A stretch of DNA of 13,407 nt, taken from the NCBI GenBank assembly GCA_048938855.1, contig JBHLLT010000026.1:1-13407 (forward strand). Reading direction: 5' to 3'. Of this stretch, positions 1 through 8,153 are shown in pieces (within the stretch, counting starts at the first letter, position 1; every line of letters starts with the position of its first letter). The notes beneath the pieces are model-generated. The model was given only the letters and a program-made list of their open reading frames with translations. It searched no databases and was not told the DNA's origin. A program made the translations under genes and the position numbers. Source of the DNA: Promethearchaeota archaeon (GTDB lineage: Archaea; Asgardarchaeota; Lokiarchaeia; Sigyniarchaeales; SOKP01).

Positions 1-558
1 TTCGAGAAAATTCTAAATGAACAACCAATTCTTCAAAATGTAATTAAAGCTAATTCCCAATTTACTAAAAATCTGACCATAATAAAGGGAGGGATTAAAT
101 CAAATGTTGTACCTGATCAGTGTGAAGCTGTGATTGATTTCAGACTATTACCAGGTCAAAATGTTGAAATGATACTAGATGGATTGAAAACACTGATTGG
201 GAGTTTAGGGTATCAAGTAAAAGATAAACCCATAGGTCTTCCTAAAGAAGTCTTTGTATATTTGGAGATAGAAGAAGCTGGAGAGGCATCTTTTTTCTGT
301 GATTGGAAAAACTCACCCGCATTAGAGGTTTTTTATTCAATGGTAGAGAAACATTATGAGCGAAAACCTTTTTATTTCTTGATGCCTGGTAGTGCAGATG
401 CTAAATTTTATAGAAACACAAATTACTGTCAATCTACAATTCTATTTGGTCCTGGAAATGCACAAGCTGCTCATGCAACCAATGAATCGGTAAGTGTACA
501 AGATTTCATAAACGCTATTAAAGTTTTTACTTTGTTTGCTTATAAGTATCTAAAATAA
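1..558 (+). CDS. M20/M25/M40 family metallo-hydrolase (ArgE/DapE-like), 5'-truncated by the window edge
   Basis: Frame 1 is open from base 1 (FEKILNEQ...IIKGGIKSNVVPDQCEAVIDFRLLPG), matching the M20 dimerisation motif GGxxxNVVPxxxxAxxDxR. The C-terminal GSADAKFY...FGPG...AHATNESV matches the M20 terminal metal-ligand His motif. The GTG at 130 is internal. Confidence 0.88.
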   Translation, partial: FEKILNEQPILQNVIKANSQFTKNLTIIKGGIKSNVVPDQCEAVIDFRLLPGQNVEMILDGLKTLIGSLGYQVKDKPIGLPKEVFVYLEIEEAGEASFFCDWKNSPALEVFYSMVEKHYERKPFYFLMPGSADAKFYRNTNYCQSTILFGPGNAQAAHATNESVSVQDFINAIKVFTLFAYKYLK

Positions 559-660
559 CTATTAACCAAGAGATTTCAAATTAATGTTTATAGAAGTTTA
601 TAAGATTCTGCTACTATTATTTTATTAATTTCAAATAAATGAGATATTTTTTAGAACAAA

Positions 661-1842
661 TTGCCTATACAAAAAATTGAAGACACGGTCATCCTTTTAG
701 ATGCCTCTCGATCTATGTTAAGAAAAGATTTTAAACCAAGTAGACTAGCTATTGAATTAGAAGCGACAAAGAGTTTCATTCAGTCAAAATTATCTTTAGA
801 TATGAAAGATAGATTATCAATAATCACATTTGGGGAAGTTACAAAAAAATTAATTAATTTTGCTTACGATCAGGAAAAGTTAATTAAATCTTTAAAGAAC
901 ATCCAGGTTTCAGGTAAAGGATTGTTACATGAAGGTATAGCATTTGCACTTCAAATTCTTGTGGAAGAGATGAGGAAAGTTGGCGGAAAAACGTCTCGAA
1001 TATTAATCATCACTGACAATAAATTAAATACCGATATCAATAAATTAAGAAAAATGGTTAATATAGCTAAAGGCTTAGGTGTGATTATAGATGCATGTCA
1101 ATTAGGAGGTATAGAGGATAATGGTGAAGATTCTTTAAAGAGAATTACTCAGTTAACTGGAGGAAATTTTGAACATTTTAATAATTCAAAAGCAATTATT
1201 AATACCATTAATGAATTTGCTTCTAAAAAGGATGTAAAACAAACAATAGACTATTTTTCTCCCAATAAAGAGGATAATTCTGCTCCTTTAATAAGCGAGA
1301 TTGCATTACCGTTAAGAAGACCTTCATTATTAGAGATTAGGTTATTGACGAAAGGAGGCGGCAGAGGACACGTAAAGTGTCAAATTTGTCACTCTTTTAA
1401 GGCAGCAGTTACAGGATCTGATTTTTTAAGTGAAGGGCGTTATTGTCCTAGTTGTGATCGAGCAATGCATTTATCTTGTGCTGCCATGTGGGCTAAAAAA
1501 ACAGAATATAAGGAAAATGTGTTTCGATGTCCGTTTTGTTTTTTCTTATTAGAATTACCAACAGCAGCTTTAAAGTTAATTAAAGAAAAAACAGAAGAAT
1601 TTCCAGAAATAAAAATTGCTGAAGAAGATGAAATATTAGAAACGAATATGGTATTAGTGCCCGATGATGAAATCGATCAGATCAACGCTTCTTGTTCTTA
1701 TTGTCATAGTATTTTCTTAGGTGATTATAAAGTTTATAAATGTGAAAATTGTCAAGCTTATTATCATGAACCTTGTTTTCGAAAAGTATATAATGAACTT
1801 AAAGCTTGTCGATATTGCGGAGCAAAAATAATCTTAAAATAA
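661..1842 (+). CDS. vWA-domain protein with two C4HC3 RING/PHD-like zinc fingers (Ssl1/p44-like architecture)
   Basis: N-terminal VILLDASRSM (MIDAS DxSxS) followed by KDFKPSRL, then IITFG, GIAFALQIL and RILIITD, all typical of vWA. Finger 1 at 1378-1539 is C-x2-C-x18-C-x2-C-x4-H-x2-C-x16-C-x2-C. Finger 2 at 1693-1818 is C-x2-C-x12-C-x2-C-x4-H-x2-C-x10-C-x2-C. TTG start. Confidence 0.88.
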   Translation: MPIQKIEDTVILLDASRSMLRKDFKPSRLAIELEATKSFIQSKLSLDMKDRLSIITFGEVTKKLINFAYDQEKLIKSLKNIQVSGKGLLHEGIAFALQILVEEMRKVGGKTSRILIITDNKLNTDINKLRKMVNIAKGLGVIIDACQLGGIEDNGEDSLKRITQLTGGNFEHFNNSKAIINTINEFASKKDVKQTIDYFSPNKEDNSAPLISEIALPLRRPSLLEIRLLTKGGGRGHVKCQICHSFKAAVTGSDFLSEGRYCPSCDRAMHLSCAAMWAKKTEYKENVFRCPFCFFLLELPTAALKLIKEKTEEFPEIKIAEEDEILETNMVLVPDDEIDQINASCSYCHSIFLGDYKVYKCENCQAYYHEPCFRKVYNELKACRYCGAKIILK

Positions 1843-1918
1843 TTAGTCTTAAAAAAACTAATCTGAACATATTTAAATTATTTAAGCATAGGATACTTTA
1901 TATTATTAAATTTAACTA

Positions 1919-4000
1919 TTGAGGTCGATTAATTTAGTTAATACAAAAAAAGGTAAGTGGGTAATAACTTCAGCGTGGCCATATGTGAATGCTACTCCTC
2001 ATTTAGGGAACTTAATTGGAAGTACCTTGTCTGCTGACGTATTTGCAAGATATCTTAGAATGAAAGGTGAAGAAGTGGTGTTTGTTTCAGGATCAGATTC
2101 TCATGGGACACCAATTTCCGTTGAAGCAAAAAAGATTAAAGCCTCTACAGGAAAAGATATAACCGCTGAAGAATTAGCATTTAAATACCATAATATTATA
2201 AAAGATTTACATCAAAAATGGCAAATTTCTTTTGATAATTATACAATTACTCATAATCCTACCCACATTGAATTTGTAAAGAAATTTTATTTAGATATCC
2301 AAAAAAATGGGTATATCTTAGAAAAAGAGATCGAATCACTTTATTGTGAACAGGATAAATTGTTTTTACCTGATAGATTTGTAGAAGGAATATGTCCGCA
2401 TTGTCAATTTGAAGATGCACGAGGAGATCAATGTGATAACTGCCAGAAATTATTAACTCCCGAAGAACTCATTAAACCTAGATGTGTTATATGCGGAAAT
2501 ACTCCAACAATTAAAAAGTCAAGACATTGGTATTTTGATCAACCAAAATTACAGGATAAATTAAAAAAATTAATTGAAGAAAATGAAATTATCCCTGCTA
2601 ATGCACGACAAATGTGTTTAAATAATATAGCTGAAGGATTACCTGAACGTGCAATTACACGAGATTTAGTATGGGGGATTCCGGCTCCATTTGAGAATGC
2701 TGAAAACAAAACTATATATGTATGGTTTGAAGCAGTATTAGGATATATTACTGCTGTTAAAGAATGGGCTGAAAAACTAATCAATGATCCGAGCAAATTC
2801 AATTATTTTTGGAACGACCCTAATACAAAAACAGTTTATTTCATAGGAAAAGATAATATAATTTTTCATTTAATTGTCTTTCCTGGATTATTATTAGCTT
2901 ATAATGATAACAAAAAAGAAAGTGAAAAACTTGTATTACCATATAATGTATCATCTACAGAATTTTTAATGTATGAGAATCAGAAATTCTCAAAATCAAG
3001 AGGAATTGGTATATGGATTGATGATGCGCTAAAATTAGCTCCATTAGATTATTGGAGATTTAATTTGATATTTAATCGTCCTGAGACGAGTGATACCTCC
3101 TTTCTATGGTCAGAATTTGAAAATAACATAAAAACTCTCAATGATAATATTGGTAATTTCATTCATCGCACTTTAACATTTATAGAAAAGCAATTTAATA
3201 GTAAAATCCCAGAAAAAATAGAATACGATGACATTGATAAAAAATTTATAGAGAGTATAAAAAATATAATCAGAGAAGTAGGAGAAAGTCTTTATAATTT
3301 TAAAATAAGAAAAGCAATAAGAGACGTTGTTAATTTTGGTAAAGAAGGGAATATATATTTGAATGATAAGGCCCCATGGCATTTGATCAAAAAAGATAAA
3401 AAAGCTGCTGGACATGTTTTTAATATTTGTTCTCAAGCAGTACATGCTTTAGCAGTATTATTAGGTCCTTTTATACCTGGAACTTCTGAAAAGATTTTGT
3501 CTTATTTAAATGCTCCAAAATTAAAAGATATCTCTTGGGAAAGTGTTAATGAAAATTCTTTGAAGGCAGGGGGAAGTATTAAGAAACCTATCCCTCTTTT
3601 TCAAAAATTAGAGATTAAAGATATTCAAAATGATTATGAAAAATTAAAAGAGAAAAAACCAGAAGAAGGTGAGAAAGAATTGATTTCATATGATGATTTT
3701 AAAAAGTTGGATATTCGAGTTGCTTTAGTTGAAAATGTTGAGAAAGTACCAAAAGCTGATAAGCTGTATAAAATTTCCGTTGATTTAGGAACAGAGAAAA
3801 GAACTTTAGTTGCTGGTTTAGCTGAATATTATAAAATCGATCAATTAAAGGGAAAAAAAATAATTGTATTAACGAATTTAGAACCACGAAAATTGAGAGG
3901 AATTTTAAGCCAAGGAATGCTTTTAGCTGCTGTTGAGGGCAATGATGTATCTATTTTAGTACCTGATAAGGATTTGCCTCCAGGAGCAAGAGTAGAATAA
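1919..4000 (+). CDS. metG: Methionine--tRNA ligase with C-terminal tRNA-binding (Trbp111/EMAP II-like) domain
   Basis: TSAWPYVNATPHLGN (HIGH motif), SGSDSHGTPI, zinc knuckles CEQD/CPHC/CDNC/CVIC, YVWFEA, FIGKDNIIFH, KFSKSRG (KMSKS motif), and C-terminal FKKLDIRV...NLEPRKLRGILSQGMLLAA. The exact start (TTG 1919) is uncertain. Confidence 0.98.
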   Translation: MRSINLVNTKKGKWVITSAWPYVNATPHLGNLIGSTLSADVFARYLRMKGEEVVFVSGSDSHGTPISVEAKKIKASTGKDITAEELAFKYHNIIKDLHQKWQISFDNYTITHNPTHIEFVKKFYLDIQKNGYILEKEIESLYCEQDKLFLPDRFVEGICPHCQFEDARGDQCDNCQKLLTPEELIKPRCVICGNTPTIKKSRHWYFDQPKLQDKLKKLIEENEIIPANARQMCLNNIAEGLPERAITRDLVWGIPAPFENAENKTIYVWFEAVLGYITAVKEWAEKLINDPSKFNYFWNDPNTKTVYFIGKDNIIFHLIVFPGLLLAYNDNKKESEKLVLPYNVSSTEFLMYENQKFSKSRGIGIWIDDALKLAPLDYWRFNLIFNRPETSDTSFLWSEFENNIKTLNDNIGNFIHRTLTFIEKQFNSKIPEKIEYDDIDKKFIESIKNIIREVGESLYNFKIRKAIRDVVNFGKEGNIYLNDKAPWHLIKKDKKAAGHVFNICSQAVHALAVLLGPFIPGTSEKILSYLNAPKLKDISWESVNENSLKAGGSIKKPIPLFQKLEIKDIQNDYEKLKEKKPEEGEKELISYDDFKKLDIRVALVENVEKVPKADKLYKISVDLGTEKRTLVAGLAEYYKIDQLKGKKIIVLTNLEPRKLRGILSQGMLLAAVEGNDVSILVPDKDLPPGARVE

Positions 4001-4001
4001 A

Positions 4002-5249
4002 CTAGAGTTTTAAAGAAAATAATGGATTCAACCGAGCTATTATTTCGCCAAGATCCAACTGAAGGGTTTTAAGAATAACATCTCTTCCTCGATATTCAAA
4101 TTGCAATTCACTAACATTTCTAACTATTTTTAGCCTACTAACACGCGATTTTAAAGATGTAATAAAATATCTTTGGGTCTGATATTCTAATATATCTAAG
4201 ACATCTTCAATATCAGGAAAGGAATATCCCCCTCCATGTGGTAGTATATTAGCATTAAAGAGTAGATCTAAAAGACCTAGTCTTTCTCCTCTTTCTAAGA
4301 GATTTTGATTTTTAAGAGTTCTTTCAGATAAATTTAATTTTCCTTTAAATAGATAAGCAGAAATATCAGCTCTGAGAGTTGTCGGAAAAATGTCTGATCC
4401 TTTCTTTTTATTATTTGTATCAGTACAGTTACTTCCTAAATACATGGTATTATAATCTTTTAAAAATTGGTGAGGTTGGTTGCAAATAATTTCATATCCA
4501 TAATCAAAAAGATTATTTGCAATTATTTCTCTTTTCAAATTAGAAAACTCTAATGCTTTCTTATTTAGTTTAAGATATTCCTTCGCTTCAGAGTCCATTA
4601 AGATGTATTGAGTACCAAATTTAGTCTTTTCTTCAATTGCAATTTCTTTTAATTTTTTTGATTTATCAATATAAAGTCCTATATCTTCATTTTGATCATC
4701 TCTAAATTCAGGAGCAGATCCATGAATTAGGAACACATAGGGGGGAAGCTGTAAATCAGATAAGTTCTTAGTTTCAAAGCAATTAATAAAGTGATTTGAT
4801 ACTCCATAATCCCAATTAATTTTAATGTGATTATAATAGAGTTCTTTAGCCTTTATATCATCAATTTTTTTAATCAAATCATAAGGATCTGGTAATTCTT
4901 CTAACCCTCCCACTAAAATACCGCAACAATTCGGTTTTGTATTTAAAAAAATAATCTTATCATTTCCATCTCCCCAATTTAATTTACCACCATACCCTAA
5001 ACCTGAATTCCATCTAAATTTATTTCGTGAAATCGTTTCATCCGGAGATGATATAAAAGTTGCACAAGGTTCAAACCCATATTTTTCCTGAATGATATGC
5101 ATCATTGACAATCCATATTTCATGTTAGCCCTACACAATTTGGATGTTCCATCATTTAAACCAGTAGAAAAAATATACTGATTAGCTCTGTCTAATAATT
5201 CTGACTTAGATAACTCCGAGATTTCTTGAGAAAGGATGGATGAACCCAT
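4002..5249 (-). CDS. Divergent RtcB-like protein (putative RNA 2',3'-cyclic phosphate/3'-phosphate ligase)
   Basis: Motifs in RtcB order: SPD70, NCC109GI, GVSN152H153FI, LIH176GS, PH260QF, PH338GGG, and the C-terminal VSELQFEYRGRDVI...IIARLNPLFSLK414L. They parallel RtcB MPD, DINCGV, GSGNHFLE, IHTGS, AHN, HGAG and EEAPGAYK..V...LVARMRPIGVAKG. Confidence 0.75.
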   Translation of the reverse strand: MGSSILSQEISELSKSELLDRANQYIFSTGLNDGTSKLCRANMKYGLSMMHIIQEKYGFEPCATFISSPDETISRNKFRWNSGLGYGGKLNWGDGNDKIIFLNTKPNCCGILVGGLEELPDPYDLIKKIDDIKAKELYYNHIKINWDYGVSNHFINCFETKNLSDLQLPPYVFLIHGSAPEFRDDQNEDIGLYIDKSKKLKEIAIEEKTKFGTQYILMDSEAKEYLKLNKKALEFSNLKREIIANNLFDYGYEIICNQPHQFLKDYNTMYLGSNCTDTNNKKKGSDIFPTTLRADISAYLFKGKLNLSERTLKNQNLLERGERLGLLDLLFNANILPHGGGYSFPDIEDVLDILEYQTQRYFITSLKSRVSRLKIVRNVSELQFEYRGRDVILKTLQLDLGEIIARLNPLFSLKL

Positions 5250-5374
5250 TTTTTAGATCAATTTATATCTATTGTATGTTCTACCAAAAAATATATGGAA
5301 AGTATGTATATATAAGATTAATGATATAAATTTGAATTGAGTGAGTCGCTAATACCGAGGAAAAAATAGTTACT

Positions 5375-5998
5375 ATGACAAATTCACCTAATTTCATTCT
5401 ATTTGATTCGTTAAAAGGAATACAAACTAATGGAAAATTTACAGGTTCAATTATATCAAAATGGGAAGACAATGTATTATTCTCTGATAACATAATTGTT
5501 TCAGATATAGAAGGAATTAGTATTTCTGAGGGATTACTTATAGGATTTGACAAAATTGAGGGACGATTCATCCCTTTCTCAAAAAGTTATGATTTTAAAT
5601 GGAAAATGAATGAAAATCCATTGGAATATTCTATTCTAATTCCTGAAAATACGATGGAACAATATGATCAAGGTCAATTTTCGAATGAATTTCCTTTTAC
5701 TATAAATTTACTACATACTGCTGCTCTATATATTAATGATTTGAAAGGTGGTGTCAATCATTTAGATTTCTTTACAGGAGAAATTCTAAAAAATCCAATT
5801 TCAATGATTAGGAACGGTATTATAGTTGCTGATAGAGTAGTCATTGATGATAATGGTGATCCAGTATTTTATGATTGCTTAATTGTTGGAAGGGATAAAA
5901 ATGATGACCTCAAAATAAGTTATGAGCCTATAATTAATGTGGATGATAAAGTACTTGAATATATTATAATATTAGGAATTGAAGAATTGAAAATATAA
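5375..5998 (+). CDS. Hypothetical protein (207 aa, acidic, probably beta-rich)
   Basis: Long ATG-started ORF in AT-rich DNA, co-oriented with the ATPase and 17 nt upstream of it. No recognisable motif. Confidence 0.75.
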   Translation: MTNSPNFILFDSLKGIQTNGKFTGSIISKWEDNVLFSDNIIVSDIEGISISEGLLIGFDKIEGRFIPFSKSYDFKWKMNENPLEYSILIPENTMEQYDQGQFSNEFPFTINLLHTAALYINDLKGGVNHLDFFTGEILKNPISMIRNGIIVADRVVIDDNGDPVFYDCLIVGRDKNDDLKISYEPIINVDDKVLEYIIILGIEELKI

Positions 5999-6015
5999 AT
6001 GTAATCATTAAAACT

Positions 6016-7230
6016 ATGCTTCTTTTTGAAAATAAACAACAAAAATTACTTAATTTCTTAAAATTCACAGGTTCTCCTTTTAAGAAATTTGTATCAACTG
6101 GTGAAATCGAAGAGGATCTTGGATTAGTTCAATCAAGACAAGATTTATTATACTCTATAATCAATATTATTGAAAAGAGTGGAAATTTCATTTTACCAAT
6201 AATAGGTGATGTAGGAACTGGAAAAACTCATTTATATTGGGCTTTAAAACATGAATTATATTATTATAATATTGTTTATATTTCTTTAGAGGAAGTTATT
6301 AAGAAGTTTTATTATTACATATATTCCGAATTTATTGAAAATATGGGTATTGATGTGTTGAGAAATATCGCTAGGAGATTATGTAATAATTGGGGGGCTT
6401 TAAAGAGAAAATTTGGCTTTTTTCATATTGCGGATCTTGTAAAAATCAGAGAAGTTGCTTTTGAAAAGTGGGCGCCTAACTTTGAACATAAAACAGCAAT
6501 AAAAGATATAATCAATGCATTTACAGCTCATCAAATTGATCCGTATAAAAAAATTGAAGTTGAGCGATGGTTTTTGGGTGAAGTTATTGATATAAGAGAA
6601 TTATCAAGATTAGATTTAAGTCAGGATTTAAGGGGAAGGAACCATGCCTATACAATGCTAAAAATATTAGTAGAAAATTCAATGATAAATAGTGTCTTAT
6701 TCATTGATGATTTCGAAAAAGTCATTTCTATGATGAAACCTATATCAATTGAAGAAGAAAAAGAAGAAGTTTTTGATCGAAGTTGGCTATATGGGAGTAG
6801 AGAATCTCCAGAAAAACATAAAGCAGAGAAATTACTTGATAAAATTCTTAATTTAAACCAAATTAAGGGGTTAAGGATAATTATTACCTTAAAATCAATA
6901 GAATATCTTGACGAAATTAAAGAGATGTTAGAAAAAGATTATAATCTCTTAAATATATTAAAGGAACCGATATTTTTATCAAACTTCATAGAGAAGGATC
7001 TTTCAACATTTTATAAGAAAAATCTAGAATTCTTTTTTGGAAATATCAACTATTTTGATTATTTCAGAGATTTTTCAGATTCCTATTTTCCACTTAACGA
7101 GGAAGTTCTTAAGGATATTTATAATAAGTCAAAAGGAAATCCCAGAGAAATAATAAAGATTTTAAATAAGATTTTTAACGAAATCGTATTGTCCAATGAA
7201 GATTTGGGTGAGATTCTTAAACATTATTAA
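6016..7230 (+). CDS. P-loop ATPase (AAA+-like; possibly related to BrxD/DUF2791 or ExeA-type ATPases)
   Basis: Walker A IIGDVGTGKTH, Walker B VLFIDDFE, C-terminal SKGNPREII lid motif, and a long helical insert containing RWFLGE between Walker A and B. Confidence 0.82.
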   Translation: MLLFENKQQKLLNFLKFTGSPFKKFVSTGEIEEDLGLVQSRQDLLYSIINIIEKSGNFILPIIGDVGTGKTHLYWALKHELYYYNIVYISLEEVIKKFYYYIYSEFIENMGIDVLRNIARRLCNNWGALKRKFGFFHIADLVKIREVAFEKWAPNFEHKTAIKDIINAFTAHQIDPYKKIEVERWFLGEVIDIRELSRLDLSQDLRGRNHAYTMLKILVENSMINSVLFIDDFEKVISMMKPISIEEEKEEVFDRSWLYGSRESPEKHKAEKLLDKILNLNQIKGLRIIITLKSIEYLDEIKEMLEKDYNLLNILKEPIFLSNFIEKDLSTFYKKNLEFFFGNINYFDYFRDFSDSYFPLNEEVLKDIYNKSKGNPREIIKILNKIFNEIVLSNEDLGEILKHY

Positions 7231-7243
7231 TAAATAAAATTCT

Positions 7244-7978
7244 TTATCTCTTTGTTAATAGAATTTTTGCATAGGTGTCGATCTCCATTAGATATTTCTC
7301 TTTATACTCAAATTCCCAACTTGATTCTACAATTTTTTTTCGAAATGATTCTAAATTAATGGGAGATCTGAAATAAATTAATAATAAAGCCCTAATTGCC
7401 CGTGGTTTTAAGATGATGTAGTTATCCGAATAGTCTAAAGAATGAAATAATTCATTGAATTCAGGCATATATTTTTCAAAAATCCTTGTACATAGGTTAA
7501 TTAACTCTGAATCTTTTGAATTTAAAGCAAGAAAAAGATTCTTTCTTATAAATAGAGGAATATCATCTAAATTTAAAAATGCTCTAAGAGAATTGATTTT
7601 GATTGGTTTATATTCGTCATTTATCGCATATCCAATTAATTTAATAATTTCTTCCGTCAATCTAGTTTTTTCTATAATTTTTTTTATAGCTTGGATAATT
7701 TCGTTTCTAATCCATCTATCTGAATTGTAATATGTATTTATTATCAATCTCAAATATTTCTCTTCCAAAGGGATTAATCTCCCAATCTCGCCAATTAAAT
7801 ATATTAAGTTTAATTTTATTTTTTCGAAAATTTTAGGATCTGGGTAATCAATAAAGAAATCGAGAAATTTTAAAAAACTTTCATGTGGATTTTTACTTAA
7901 TTCAATTAAAAAATCATTGATTTTTTCTGGGTTATTTGACTCCTTAACATCATTAAATACTTTTTCAATTGCAACCAT
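7244..7978 (-). CDS. HEAT/ARM-repeat-like alpha-helical protein
   Basis: Repeated amphipathic helix pairs at roughly 35-40 aa spacing: IKLNLIYLIGEIG, NSDRWIRNEIIQAIKKI, NDEYKPIKINSLRAF, NSKDSELINLCTRIF. Confidence 0.65.
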   Translation of the reverse strand: MVAIEKVFNDVKESNNPEKINDFLIELSKNPHESFLKFLDFFIDYPDPKIFEKIKLNLIYLIGEIGRLIPLEEKYLRLIINTYYNSDRWIRNEIIQAIKKIIEKTRLTEEIIKLIGYAINDEYKPIKINSLRAFLNLDDIPLFIRKNLFLALNSKDSELINLCTRIFEKYMPEFNELFHSLDYSDNYIILKPRAIRALLLIYFRSPINLESFRKKIVESSWEFEYKEKYLMEIDTYAKILLTKR

Positions 7979-8142
7979 AAAAACCTACTTTTCTATAATT
8001 ATATATAATTTAATTAGATAATACAATTGACTATCAATAAATATCTCCTTTATAAGAGATTTTAGAGAAGGTAAATCCTTTAATTCTACTTCTTTGTTTA
8101 ATTGCAAAAAGATTAAAAACAAATAAAAATAAAATTACAGTA

Positions 8143-8148
8143 GAGGAG
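8143..8148 (+). promoter_or_regulatory. Shine-Dalgarno-like site
   Basis: GAGGAG ends 5 nt before the ATG at 8154. Confidence 0.5.
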
Positions 8149-8153
8149 AATCA

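Noticed and set aside
597-604. TTTATAAG candidate TATA box upstream of the vWA gene
   Set aside because: Several equally good AT-rich matches lie in the same intergenic region, so none can be singled out.
1919-1940. SD-like GAGGT at 1921-1925 hinting at a non-canonical metG start downstream of the TTG
   Set aside because: There is no ATG, GTG or TTG at a suitable in-frame distance, and it cannot be distinguished from chance without proteomics or ribosome profiling.
2539-3887. Three minus-strand ORFs (2539-2802, 3173-3445, 3699-3887)
   Set aside because: They are short antisense shadows inside metG with no motifs.
5281-5571. 96-aa minus-strand ORF
   Set aside because: It overlaps the longer 5375-5998 ORF in antisense and has no recognisable features.
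7455-7730. 91-aa hydrophobic plus-strand ORF
   Set aside because: It is antisense to the HEAT-repeat gene; its hydrophobicity follows from complementing A-rich codons.
6016-7978. ATPase plus HEAT gene as a BREX or other defence island
   Set aside because: No methylase, PglZ, nuclease, helicase or mobility genes are present, and the two genes are convergent.
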